Source: Candidatus Obscuribacteraceae bacterium
GTDB lineage: Bacteria; Cyanobacteriota; Vampirovibrionia; Obscuribacterales; Obscuribacteraceae
Reading direction: 5' to 3'
Assembly: GCA_044229845.1 (NCBI GenBank)
Contig: JBGASG010000007.1
Span: forward strand, 1 to 64,000
Length of the DNA stretch: 64,000 nucleotides
In this document: positions 46,737 to 56,920 of the stretch, piece by piece
Layout of the letters: every line of letters begins with the position of its first letter
Numbering within the stretch: the first letter of the stretch is position 1
Translations under genes and position numbers: made by a program
The notes under the pieces: generated by a model
What the model was told of the DNA's origin: nothing
What the model saw: the letters and a program-made list of their open reading frames with translations, nothing else
Database searches by the model: none

Positions 46737-48595
46737 GACGCTGCCCCCTTTGTTTCCGGTTGGGGTTCAGCAGGCGTTGCCGGTGCCGTTGTGGGCGTCG
46801 GTGCTGGTTGCGGAGCCGCCGCTTCCGGGGATGGCTGCGGAGCCGCCGCTTCCGGTGCCGCAGCGGGTGCCGGTGTCGGTGCCGAGGGCTGTGCGTCGGC
46901 AGGCAGTTGTTTGAGTCGATCGGATGCCAGTTGCGTGTAACGCGCCAGCGCTGCGTTCTCGGACTTCAGCTGGGCGGCCTCGGCAAAATACTTTGCTGCC
47001 TCCTTCGATTGCCCAGCGTCCTTGCAGATATCTCCCAACTTGATCAGGCAGGCGGCGCGCAGGAAAGGAAGTTCCTGGTGATCTTTAATCAGCTTCGCCA
47101 GATAAACCTTTGCCACCACCGGCGATGGCGACTTTTCGCCACCAACCAGGTGCGCCAGGATGTGCGGTTCGTTAAACGTGTTTTGCAAGATTAAATCGAC
47201 ACGCTGCGCAGACCGGCGAGCATCGAAATTTGAATAGAGCATGACCAGTTCATGCTCGACTCCGTAATCAAATGGCTTGCCGCGCGCATAGTCTTCAAGA
47301 TAACGAATCTGATCGTTGATCTGGGGCATCGCGGTGATGGGCTCCAGATAGTGCGGGAGTTCGTGCGGATTTGCTGGGGGCTGTACCCAATGCGGAGCAG
47401 CCGAGCCCTGGGTGGCAGCCTGTGGTGCCGGGCGATGAGTATTGAGATAGCCCTGGTACCACGTGAACAGGTACCAACCCATGACGGCGAGCACCACTAG
47501 AATCAAGATCGGTATCAAATACTGGATGCCGCCTTTGCCGACTTCTTTACCGACTGCCTTGGCTGCCGACATGCTGCGCAGCATCGAACCTTGCGCGCGC
47601 GACGCTGCACTGGCTTCGCGGGCGAGCAGGGCATCCTTCATTTCCATGGCAGAGGAAAAGCGCAGGTCGGCTGTTTTGGCCAGGCTTTTCTTGATCACCG
47701 CCGGTATGTGTTCGGGGACGGGAATGTGCTGCGGCAGTGCCGGTACCATACCGTGCACGTGTTTGTCGATCACCTCGTATTCGCTGGCTCCGTGAAATGG
47801 CACCGAACCCGATACCATCTCGAAAAGCACGCAGCCGAGCGAATAAATATCAGCTCGCCAGTCGATTTTCTGCCCGAGCGCTTGTTCCGGACTCATGTAC
47901 CAGGGTGTGCCTAGAATGTCACCGGTCTTTGTCAAGCCGAGCGTTTCGGTGTTTCCTTTCGTGCCCCTCAAAATCTTTGCCATGCCGAAGTCGATCAACT
48001 TAACGACGGCCAGTCCTTGCTCGTCCACGCAAAGCATGACGTTGGCGGGCTTGATATCGCGATGCACGATGCCCCGGTCATGGGCTACCGCCAGGGCGTC
48101 GCAGATCTGGGTGCAAATCTCGACTGCCTCTTCCGGTGCGATCTGCTTATGACGTTTAAGCACGTCGCGCAATGTCTTGCCTTTGAGCAACTCGCAGACC
48201 ATGTACGGCTGTCCGTTGGGCAGCACTCCGTGATCATAGACAGCGCAAATATTGATGTGAGTCAGTTTTGCGGAAGCTTTGGCTTCCAGCTCGAACCGCT
48301 GCAGCGATTCGCGGTCTGAGACGTAATCCAGCTTCAGGACCTTGATTGCTACTTCGCGGTTCAGTCCAGCCTGCAATGCCTTGTAGACCGAACCGGAGGC
48401 GCCGCGCCCGATCAACTCGACTATTTTGTACTTCTCTGCGACGATGCTGCCGGGAGACAATTCGCTGGCTGCTTCGAAGACGAGAATAGTGCCGTCGCGC
48501 GGGCAAATCTTCAGGTCGGCGTCGTACCTGGTTTTGCACTGAGGACAGACCTTGGTGCGTACTTCAGAATTAGTGGTGCCTGGACCTGGACCCAT
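46733..48595 (-). CDS. Membrane Ser/Thr protein kinase with Zn ribbon and extracellular helical/TPR-like domain
   Basis: CPQC...CPRDG; GRGASG, VAIK, HRDIKPAN, DFG, GTPWYMSPE; one TM. Confidence 0.94.
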   Translation of the reverse strand: MGPGPGTTNSEVRTKVCPQCKTRYDADLKICPRDGTILVFEAASELSPGSIVAEKYKIVELIGRGASGSVYKALQAGLNREVAIKVLKLDYVSDRESLQRFELEAKASAKLTHINICAVYDHGVLPNGQPYMVCELLKGKTLRDVLKRHKQIAPEEAVEICTQICDALAVAHDRGIVHRDIKPANVMLCVDEQGLAVVKLIDFGMAKILRGTKGNTETLGLTKTGDILGTPWYMSPEQALGQKIDWRADIYSLGCVLFEMVSGSVPFHGASEYEVIDKHVHGMVPALPQHIPVPEHIPAVIKKSLAKTADLRFSSAMEMKDALLAREASAASRAQGSMLRSMSAAKAVGKEVGKGGIQYLIPILILVVLAVMGWYLFTWYQGYLNTHRPAPQAATQGSAAPHWVQPPANPHELPHYLEPITAMPQINDQIRYLEDYARGKPFDYGVEHELVMLYSNFDARRSAQRVDLILQNTFNEPHILAHLVGGEKSPSPVVAKVYLAKLIKDHQELPFLRAACLIKLGDICKDAGQSKEAAKYFAEAAQLKSENAALARYTQLASDRLKQLPADAQPSAPTPAPAAAPEAAAPQPSPEAAAPQPAPTPTTAPATPAEPQPETKGAAS

Positions 48596-48625
48596 GTGTC
48601 TCTCGTTTCGTTTCCGGTTTGCGAC

Positions 48626-50197
48626 TTAGTGCAAATTGAGTTTGCTCAGTGTGTTTAGTCTTTCTTCGGCGGCGGCTCGGTAAGGATCGAGCGAAACTCC
48701 GGAAAAATTCCGGACAGTGTCATAGTACTGCAATGCTTTACCACTTTCTCCTTTTTCCGAATAGAGATCACCGAGCAGGAGAAAGCACTCGGCCCTCAGA
48801 TGATGCAAATCAGGATAGGCGCGGACGTTAGCGCTGAGACTGGCGATCGCTTTATCGGGGTCGGTGCCCCAATGGTTATCCGAAAGTATGGCGGTCATCG
48901 AGTCGTCACCGGGTCGATTGGCGAGAATGTTGTCGACAACTTGCATCGCGTCTTTTGTGCGCCCGACTTTTATGTATCGGTCGGCGAGCCGTTTCTCCAG
49001 GTCAAAATCAAAGTTCGTCAGCTCCTTGCGGGTCCTTTCCAGTGCAGTGATCTCCTGGTTGACTTGCGCTTGTTGTCCACCGCTCACCAGGGCGGGCACC
49101 GTCTGTGGTGTCGTACCGGATTGACTATGCTGGTAAGCCATCCAGCCCAACCCGGCACACACAGCCATGCCGACGACTACCATGGCGATCACCGGCAAGG
49201 CAACAGACTTACCGCCTGCCGGCTGCGTGGCTGATGGCGATGACTGCTGAGAACAGGCTTCGAATGCGGCTTTCATATCCCGCATTGATTCGTAGCGCTT
49301 TTGTGGATGCTTATAGAGTGACTTGAGAACCGCATCTTGTATCGAGGAGGGCACAGCCGACCCTTGCTTGAAGGGCGGCGGAGGCTTGTCTACGTGCTGT
49401 TTCATCAACTCGTAGGTTGTCGATCCGGTGACGGCTTTGGTGCAAGTGAGCAGTTCGTATGCTACCAATCCGAGCGAATAGATGTCGCTGGCCGGCGTGA
49501 GCGCTTGCCCGAGGCATTGTTCGGGGCTCATGTATTCCGGCGTTCCCATGGTCTGTCCTGTCTTAGTCAGCGACGACCCGCGTCCGGAGTGCAGCAAGCT
49601 CGCTTTGGCCAGTCCGAAATCGAGCACTTTAATGGTGCCCTCTTTGGTGAGTAGCAGGTTGCTGGGCTTGATGTCTCGATGAATGACGCCCTGGTCGTGA
49701 GCGTAGGCAAAGGCTTCGGCAGACTGACTGATGATTTGGGCGACCTGCTGCCAGGGTAAAGGACCTTTCTGTTCGAGCAACGTGTTGAGCGTGTCGCCGT
49801 CCAGGTATTCCATGACGAGAAATGGCTGGCCCTCGTTCATGACGCCGAAGTCCATGACGCGGGCGATGTTGTTGTGGCGCATGCGGCTTGAAATCTCGGC
49901 TTCGCGTTGAAATCGTTTCAACTTGTCTTGATCAGAGACGAGGTGCGTGTGCAGCACCTTGAGCACTACCGGTACATCCAGCCGCTTGTGGTGTGCCAGG
50001 TAGACGCGACTCCAGCCGCCAATGCCCAGTACGCTCTTGATGAGAAACCGCTGGTCGACCACAGTGCCCAGCAAAGTATCAGCCATTGCTGTCACAAACA
50101 CCTGTCCATCGTCGGGGCAAGCGCCCGCCGCGGCGGAGGTTCTGCCGCACACAGGGCACATCCAGGCTGATGTTTCAGTAGCCGGTCGTGATTGCAT
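48626..50197 (-). CDS. Membrane Ser/Thr protein kinase with Zn ribbon and extracellular helical/TPR-like domain
   Basis: CPVC...CPDDG; GIGGWS, VVLK, HRDIKPSN, DFG, GTPEYMSPE; one TM. Confidence 0.94.
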   Translation of the reverse strand: MQSRPATETSAWMCPVCGRTSAAAGACPDDGQVFVTAMADTLLGTVVDQRFLIKSVLGIGGWSRVYLAHHKRLDVPVVLKVLHTHLVSDQDKLKRFQREAEISSRMRHNNIARVMDFGVMNEGQPFLVMEYLDGDTLNTLLEQKGPLPWQQVAQIISQSAEAFAYAHDQGVIHRDIKPSNLLLTKEGTIKVLDFGLAKASLLHSGRGSSLTKTGQTMGTPEYMSPEQCLGQALTPASDIYSLGLVAYELLTCTKAVTGSTTYELMKQHVDKPPPPFKQGSAVPSSIQDAVLKSLYKHPQKRYESMRDMKAAFEACSQQSSPSATQPAGGKSVALPVIAMVVVGMAVCAGLGWMAYQHSQSGTTPQTVPALVSGGQQAQVNQEITALERTRKELTNFDFDLEKRLADRYIKVGRTKDAMQVVDNILANRPGDDSMTAILSDNHWGTDPDKAIASLSANVRAYPDLHHLRAECFLLLGDLYSEKGESGKALQYYDTVRNFSGVSLDPYRAAAEERLNTLSKLNLH

Positions 50198-50270
50198 TAG
50201 AGATCTGGTTTACCCAACTAGTTCTTTGTTCCACGCCCGAGCTACCCCAAATCCGCGCCAGGCGGGGTTG

Positions 50271-53200
50271 TCAATCGCTTTGCCCGTAACCGGCGCCGCC
50301 GGGGGTCTCAATGACAAAGACGTCGCCTGGCTGCAGGTGTACAGACTGGGTGGCGGATAAAACCGTGACGCTGGTGCCTGTGCTGTTGTGCAATACGGCA
50401 TTTTTGCCGGGACGTCCGTCGGCGCCGCCACGCAGTCCGGGCGGAGCAATGCGGCGCCGGTTGGATAAAATGCTGGCTACCATCGGTTCGAGAAACCTGA
50501 TCCGTCGCAAGACGCCGTTGCCGCCCCTGTGCAGACCGCCGCCACCGCTATCAGGGCGAATCGAAAATTCTTCCAGGCGCACCGGAAATCTGGTCTCCAA
50601 AATTTCCGGGTCCGTGAGTCGGGAGTTGGTCATGTTGGTCTGCACGGCATCGGTGCCATCGAATGTGGTGCCGGCTCCGGAGCCGCCGCAGATAGTCTCG
50701 TAGTACTGATGCTGATCGTTGCCGAACGTGAAATTGTTCATCGTCCCCTGTGATGCAGCCATGACTCCCAGTGCTCCGTAGAGCACATCGCAGATCACTT
50801 GCGAGGTCTCCACATTGCCGGCAACGACCGCGGCTGGATAGCTGGGACGCAGCAAACAACCCTCGGGAACCACCAGCGTCAGCGGGCGCAAGCAACCAGC
50901 ATTCAACGGGATCGAATCACCCACCAGGGTGCGAAAGACGTAGAGCACTGCTGCCCGGCAAACCGACAACGGAGCATTCAGGTTGTTGGACTGTTGCGAG
51001 CTGGTACCTGTGAAGTCGATGATTGCTGCCGGTTGACCGGATGCGTCGGCGCGCTGCACGGTAATCTGCGCTTTGATCACACTGCCATCGTCCATGGTGC
51101 AAGCATATGATCCGTCCTTGAGCACGGCAATCGCCTTGCGCACCGCGAGCTCGGCGTTGGCTTGCACAAAGTCCATGTAGCGGACGACCACATCTTGCCC
51201 GTACTCCTGGACAGCCTTGCCCAGCTCGAGAAGCCCGCGATTATTGGCAGCGATCTGGGCACGCAAATCGGCGAGATTTTGTTCGACATTACGTGGCGGA
51301 TTTGTTATGGAGGCGAAAATGCGTTTTAATTGCTCGTCCTGAAATCGTGCATCCGAGAGGATTTGCACGTGCTTCAACAGTACACCTTCTTGCTCGATGT
51401 TCTTGCTGTCGGCCGGCATAGAACCGGGCGTGATACCACCGACATCGGCATGGTGTCCGCGCGAGGCCACGAAGAAAAGCAGGTTCGCGCCATCTGCATC
51501 AAAACACGGCGAGATGACGGTAATGTCCGGCAAGTGTGTGCCGCCGTCGTAGGGATCGTTGTGCGCGAAAGCATCTCCGGGGCGCAGTGAATTGCCGTGC
51601 TGTGCAATCAAACTCTTGACGCTGTCGCTCATGGAGCCCAGATGCACCGGTATGTGCGGTGCATTCGCTATTAATTCTCCCGTCGCATCGAACACCGCGC
51701 ATGAGAAGTCCAGGCGTTCTCTTATGTTGACGGACCGGCTAGTCATCTGGAGCGTTTCACCCATCTGTTCTGCAATGAACATAAACAGACTGTTGAACAC
51801 CTCAAGGTAAATGGGGTCCGGTTGACTGAGAGAGATCTGATTCCTGGTGCCTCCGCCCGCGGTGGTGCCGGATGCAGTGGTCTGCGAGCGCGTCAGCATC
51901 AAAGTGCCGCCGGTTGTGACGCTAGCTTGCCATCCGGATTCGATGACGGTGGTGGCAGTTGCTTCAATAATTAGAGCCGGCCCTGTAATCTGAGAGTCGA
52001 CCGGCAACAAGTTGCGTTCGTAAAGTGGTGCCTCATGATACTGACCTTTCGAATAGAGTCGGATCATTTTTGATGGGCGCAGTTGCCTCGGCGGTTCGCC
52101 TGCGCTGACCGTTTCTTCGCTGGACTGCAGCTGGTGGCCGCTCAGGCTGGCTTCGGCGGTCACCCACGAGATGACCACCGGCTTTTCCGGACAGATGAAG
52201 CCGTATCGCATCTGATGTTCTGCTTCGAATAGCGAGCGCATCGTTTGAGCTGTCGATAGTGCGACCGGCAGATAGGCTTCCGTGTCTGCATACCGCAGGT
52301 AGCCGTGCAGCGCAATCCGGGGATGCTCTGGATGTCCGGCGGCGGCTCCGCTCAGTCGAAGCTCCGCGGCGGCTTGCTCAGCCAATGCGTTAGCCGCTGT
52401 GCGTGCTGAGTGCAGTCCTGCTTCATCGAGTACCACTTCGACGCTCTGCTGTTTCAACACCTGCAACTCGGCAAGTCCCATTCCCAGTGCCGACAATACG
52501 CCTGCAAGTGGATGGATGACTATCTGCCTCATGCCCAGGGCGTCTGCGATCAGGCACGCGTGTTGACCGCCGGCACCACCGAAGCAGAAGAGGCTGTAGT
52601 CGGTGATGTCATAGCCGCGTTGTACGGAGATCTTCTTGATCGCCTGTGCCATGTGCATCACCGCTATGTCGAGAAACCCAGCTGCGATTGCCTCTACGGA
52701 GCGGGCACCGGCATCTGCGCCGGCTGCCGCTTCGGCATGAGCGATCTCGGCCGCAAGCTGCGTGAATTTCAGTTTGACCACATCGGGATCAATGGGCAGG
52801 TTGCCGTCGGGACCGAAAACCGCAGGGAAGAAGTCACCCTGAATCCTTCCCAGGAGCACGTTGCAATCGGTCACCGTCAACGGACCGCCGTTGCGATAAC
52901 AAGCAGGACCAGGAAAGGCGCCGGCAGAATCCGGACCCACTGCGATGCGGCTGCCGTCGAAATGCAGTATGGACCCGCCGCCGGCAGCCACTGTGTGAAT
53001 AGCCATCATCGGCGCTCGCAGGCGCACTCCGGCGACTTGGGTCTCGAAACATCTTTCGATTTCGCCTTTGAAGTGCGCGACATCGGTGGACGTGCCGCCC
53101 ATGTCGAAAGTGACAATCTTATCCAACCCCAATTGCGCGGCTGTCTTGACTGCGCCGATGATACCGCCGGCGGGCCCTGACAAAATGCTGTCCTTGCCGC

Positions 53201-53936
53201 GGAACTGCGACGCGGACACCAGCCCACCGCCGGACTGCATTATTGAGACATGGCTGTCGGGAAACTTGCTGCACAGGCCATCTAAATATTGTCGCAGCAA
53301 GGGTGACAGGTAGGCATCGACGAGAGTTGTGTCGGCGCGACTGACGAACTTGATGACAGGCGCCACTTCGTGCGATACAGATGTGTGCGTAAAGCCGATG
53401 CTGTGTGCCAGCGCGTACACCTGCTCCTCGTGCCCGGTGTGTTTGTAGCCGTGCATCAGGGTGACGGCGCAACTGCGAATGCCGGCATCGAAAGCCTCCT
53501 GAAGTTTGACCCGCAACGATTCTGGATCAAGTGCTTGCAGGGTGTCACCATTTGCGGTGACACGCTCGCTGCATTCGACGACTTGCTCGTATAGAACTTC
53601 CGGTTTGCGAATGTGCAAGGCGAAGATGTCCGGCCGATTTTGATAGCCGATGCGTACCGCGTCTTTGAAGCCTGCTGTCGTGACAAAAACGCAGCGAGCC
53701 CCCTTGCGTTCGAGCAGCGCGTTGGTGCCGATTGTGGTGCCGATGCGTAAAGACGCCACTGCCGTGTCGCCGGGCGTTGAGCCCGCAAGTAAATGTCGCA
53801 CGCCTTCAGCGATGGCATCGTCGTATCGCCCGGGATTGTTGGACAACAGCTTGTGCGTCAGAATGCGCCCGTCAGGGGCTCTGGCGACGATGTCAGTGAA
53901 TGTGCCACCACGGTCGACCCAGAATTGCCAATTCAT
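50271..53936 (-). CDS. oplA: ATP-dependent 5-oxoprolinase (fused hydantoinase A/B type)
   Basis: WQFWVDRGGTFTD, DMGGTSTDV, HTVAAGGGS, ERLDFSCA, HIPVHLGSM, THLPD, ETPGGAGYG; 1221 aa. Confidence 0.92.
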   Translation of the reverse strand: MNWQFWVDRGGTFTDIVARAPDGRILTHKLLSNNPGRYDDAIAEGVRHLLAGSTPGDTAVASLRIGTTIGTNALLERKGARCVFVTTAGFKDAVRIGYQNRPDIFALHIRKPEVLYEQVVECSERVTANGDTLQALDPESLRVKLQEAFDAGIRSCAVTLMHGYKHTGHEEQVYALAHSIGFTHTSVSHEVAPVIKFVSRADTTLVDAYLSPLLRQYLDGLCSKFPDSHVSIMQSGGGLVSASQFRGKDSILSGPAGGIIGAVKTAAQLGLDKIVTFDMGGTSTDVAHFKGEIERCFETQVAGVRLRAPMMAIHTVAAGGGSILHFDGSRIAVGPDSAGAFPGPACYRNGGPLTVTDCNVLLGRIQGDFFPAVFGPDGNLPIDPDVVKLKFTQLAAEIAHAEAAAGADAGARSVEAIAAGFLDIAVMHMAQAIKKISVQRGYDITDYSLFCFGGAGGQHACLIADALGMRQIVIHPLAGVLSALGMGLAELQVLKQQSVEVVLDEAGLHSARTAANALAEQAAAELRLSGAAAGHPEHPRIALHGYLRYADTEAYLPVALSTAQTMRSLFEAEHQMRYGFICPEKPVVISWVTAEASLSGHQLQSSEETVSAGEPPRQLRPSKMIRLYSKGQYHEAPLYERNLLPVDSQITGPALIIEATATTVIESGWQASVTTGGTLMLTRSQTTASGTTAGGGTRNQISLSQPDPIYLEVFNSLFMFIAEQMGETLQMTSRSVNIRERLDFSCAVFDATGELIANAPHIPVHLGSMSDSVKSLIAQHGNSLRPGDAFAHNDPYDGGTHLPDITVISPCFDADGANLLFFVASRGHHADVGGITPGSMPADSKNIEQEGVLLKHVQILSDARFQDEQLKRIFASITNPPRNVEQNLADLRAQIAANNRGLLELGKAVQEYGQDVVVRYMDFVQANAELAVRKAIAVLKDGSYACTMDDGSVIKAQITVQRADASGQPAAIIDFTGTSSQQSNNLNAPLSVCRAAVLYVFRTLVGDSIPLNAGCLRPLTLVVPEGCLLRPSYPAAVVAGNVETSQVICDVLYGALGVMAASQGTMNNFTFGNDQHQYYETICGGSGAGTTFDGTDAVQTNMTNSRLTDPEILETRFPVRLEEFSIRPDSGGGGLHRGGNGVLRRIRFLEPMVASILSNRRRIAPPGLRGGADGRPGKNAVLHNSTGTSVTVLSATQSVHLQPGDVFVIETPGGAGYGQSD

Positions 53937-53947
53937 CTCGGTCGAAC

Positions 53948-55795
53948 TCAGTTCACATTGAACCGTTTGGAAAGGCGCTTGCCCTGATACTCCGTAATCG
54001 GCGCACCGGCAGCCTCAGTAGCTTCGTCTTTGACGACCAGGAAATCGCTGTCGTTCTGCCATTTTTGCTTCTCGGCATTGAAGTCGTCCGAGAAAACATC
54101 AGGGACGCGCACGGTGAGCAAATGCAGTTTGTGCGCTGGATCCGGCTGGTCTTTGCTGACTGCCAGCACTTTTTTCGGGTCGATGCCGCTTTGTGTTTGC
54201 TTGCGGAAGCCGAGCAGTTTGACGGCTTCGACATTTTGCGTGGCGCCTGTAATCACCCAGTTGACCGGTGCTTGCGACGCACAGACGAGGGTCATCGGAC
54301 CTGATTTGGGATTGATGTCGACGATCACATCGCCGACTTTGTCTTCCGGCGGATCGACTTCTTCCGGATCATCAGCCCCCTCTGTAGCCAGCAGCACGAC
54401 TTTCTTCTCATGCGGTTTCTTCGGATAGGCGATCTCGATCAGCGGCTCTTTCCATTCTTTTTTGCCGGCTTCGTTGGTGCTGGTCGGCGTCGGGCAAGGT
54501 TCTTCGGTGACCGTCTGCGACTGCGTGGTGGTTGATGTGACCGCTGGAGTCGGAGCTGTCGGACGGAAATTGGTGAACATGGCGGCGATGCCGATGCCGG
54601 CAAAGACGAGCAGCGCAGCCACGCCGGCCACTGCGCCCATCGCCAGGGCGGGCTGGTTGAGCAGAGCAGCAATCGGATTAGGATTGGTGCTGGGCTGAGT
54701 GTCGACCATTGAGTGGGGCGGTCCGGAGTTGGCGCCGGGGTTGGTCGACCCGGATCCGGAAGAAAGAAATGGACGCACCGGCGATGTCGATGAAGGCGGG
54801 CCGGGCGGATTGGACGCCGGCATGCCTTGCGAAACGCGCGTGCCCATGGTGGCACTGCCGCCCGCCACCGCCGACGGTGAGAGAAACGGTTGCGCGCCGA
54901 TCGCGGCCGCCGTGCACTGGTTGCGAGCATTGCCGAGAGCTTCTTTGAGCTCCTTCATGCTGGCGTGACGGTCGTCACGATTCTTGGACAGGGCCCGCGC
55001 CACCAGTGACTCCACTTCCGCGGGAATCGCTAAATCTGGGCGGACGTCTTGCATCATAGACGGAATGTCATGCACGTGCCGGTAGACTGTCTGCACGAAG
55101 TTTTCGCCGATGATCGGCGGCGTGCCGGTAATTGTCTCGTAAGTGAGACAACCGAGCGCATAGATGTCGGAACGTTCGTCGAGTGCCTGCCCCAGGCATT
55201 GCTCGGGGCTCATGTAGAGAGGGCTGCCGAAAATCTCGCCCGTATGCGTCAGGCGCATGGCTTCGGCGCCGTCTTTGTCCAGGGCTTTCACAATTCCCAG
55301 GTCGACGATTTTGACGAAGTCCTGGTTGTCGCCAATCAGCATGACGTTGCTGGGTTTCAGGTCGCGGTGGATGAAACCGCGCGCGTGCGCGTGCGCCAGT
55401 CCCTCGGCAATCTGCTCGGCGATTCTGAGCGCCGTCTGGATGGGCAGCCCGTTTTTGTCGATAAGCTTTGTGAGCGTGGTGCCGTCCAGGTACTCCATGA
55501 CCAGGAACGGTATCTTATCGGCGGTCTCGCCGAAATCAATCAACGAAATCAGGTGGGGGTGGGTAAGGGCGCTCATGGCCATCGCTTCTTTGACGAAACG
55601 CTGCGTGGCGCGCTCATCGATCGATTGGTTGGACATCATCTTGACGGCGACGTCGCGACCAATGGCGACCTGCCGGGCTTTATAGACGGAGCCCATAGCG
55701 CCGCGCCCGATGAAGGACACAATTTCATACCGCTCGGCTAAAATCTGGCCGATGAAATCGTCGTTATTCCCGGAAGAAGTGTTGGACATCTTCAC
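53948..55795 (-). CDS. Membrane Ser/Thr protein kinase with an uncharacterised extracellular beta domain
   Basis: GRGAMG, VAVK, HRDLKPSN, DLG, GSPLYMSPE; P/S-rich linker; one TM. Confidence 0.93.
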   Translation of the reverse strand: MKMSNTSSGNNDDFIGQILAERYEIVSFIGRGAMGSVYKARQVAIGRDVAVKMMSNQSIDERATQRFVKEAMAMSALTHPHLISLIDFGETADKIPFLVMEYLDGTTLTKLIDKNGLPIQTALRIAEQIAEGLAHAHARGFIHRDLKPSNVMLIGDNQDFVKIVDLGIVKALDKDGAEAMRLTHTGEIFGSPLYMSPEQCLGQALDERSDIYALGCLTYETITGTPPIIGENFVQTVYRHVHDIPSMMQDVRPDLAIPAEVESLVARALSKNRDDRHASMKELKEALGNARNQCTAAAIGAQPFLSPSAVAGGSATMGTRVSQGMPASNPPGPPSSTSPVRPFLSSGSGSTNPGANSGPPHSMVDTQPSTNPNPIAALLNQPALAMGAVAGVAALLVFAGIGIAAMFTNFRPTAPTPAVTSTTTQSQTVTEEPCPTPTSTNEAGKKEWKEPLIEIAYPKKPHEKKVVLLATEGADDPEEVDPPEDKVGDVIVDINPKSGPMTLVCASQAPVNWVITGATQNVEAVKLLGFRKQTQSGIDPKKVLAVSKDQPDPAHKLHLLTVRVPDVFSDDFNAEKQKWQNDSDFLVVKDEATEAAGAPITEYQGKRLSKRFNVN

Positions 55796-56101
55796 CCTAA
55801 GCAGACCACATTCTAGTTATGTTACATCCTCCCAAGAGTTCGTGAGGGCAATTGACCATATCAAGGCGCGAAAAAGTGCCTCATTTCGCGGGTCTGTGAC
55901 CGGGGAATTTCGGCGCCTGTGCCGCGTATGGAACTTATTTGCCCGGAATTTTACGACCTGCGACAGTCTGGCAGGCAGCGCCTGCCCTGACCGGCAGACG
56001 ACAGGCTGGGTGGTCACTCGGACCCCGCTTGCAAAGGGAAAGCCTGGCTTAATTCTGAGCCGTATCTGCGGCTTCGGCAAGGAAAGGAGGAAACCCGCCG
56101 T

Positions 56102-56920
56102 ATGAAGCCCCTGTTGCTTTTGGGAGTAGGCAAGGTGGCGCAAGCCATCAACACTCGCGTCAAGGGTTCGCGCCAGGTTCGGGGTACGACGCGAGACCCC
56201 AACCGGATTTTCGAGTTCGACCAGGCGGGCATGGAACCCATAATCATGCCCTGGCCCTCGGCCGACATCATTAGCCCCCTGGCGGTCGACGCCCAGGTTG
56301 TCGTCAGCTTTGCTCCGGATGGCAAGACCGACGCCGTCCTCGCGCCTGCCTGCGCTGGAGCGAACAAGATTGTCTACATATCGAGCACCGGCGTCTACGA
56401 TTTGCAAGCCGGCACCATTGACGATACTACTGCTGCTGCGCCGGCTTCGGACGACAACCGTCTGCGCCTTGAAGCGGAGCAGATCTGGCGTGATGCAGGC
56501 GCGATCGTGCTGCGTTGCCCGGCTATCTACAGTCCCGATAGCGGCTTGCACCTGCGCTTGCGCAGCGGCGCTCACAAAATTCCCGGCGATGGTACCAACT
56601 TCATGTCGCGCATTCACGTGCAAGACCTGGTCACTATTATTCTCGCCGCACTCGATTCAGATGTGGCGAACGAAACATTCGTAGTCGGCGACCTGTCCCC
56701 GGCGCCGCATCTGGAAGTCGTTCACTGGCTCTGCGAACAACTCGATCTGCCGATGCCGGAGCACATACCGATTGAAGAGGCGCCCGCCACCATGCGTGGC
56801 AACCGCAGAGTGAATCCCGAACGGGCACTCAGTACATTCAATGTCAAACTGGCGTTCCCCACGTATCGGGAAGGCTTTCTAGATTGCCTCGACCAGCTGG
56901 ATAAAAGCGCCCGCAACTAG
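56102..56920 (+). CDS. NAD-dependent epimerase/dehydratase-family (atypical SDR) protein
   Basis: LLGVGKV, GTTR, YISSTGVY, RLEAE, IYSP, SRIHVQDL, FPTYREG. Confidence 0.85.
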   Translation: MKPLLLLGVGKVAQAINTRVKGSRQVRGTTRDPNRIFEFDQAGMEPIIMPWPSADIISPLAVDAQVVVSFAPDGKTDAVLAPACAGANKIVYISSTGVYDLQAGTIDDTTAAAPASDDNRLRLEAEQIWRDAGAIVLRCPAIYSPDSGLHLRLRSGAHKIPGDGTNFMSRIHVQDLVTIILAALDSDVANETFVVGDLSPAPHLEVVHWLCEQLDLPMPEHIPIEEAPATMRGNRRVNPERALSTFNVKLAFPTYREGFLDCLDQLDKSARN

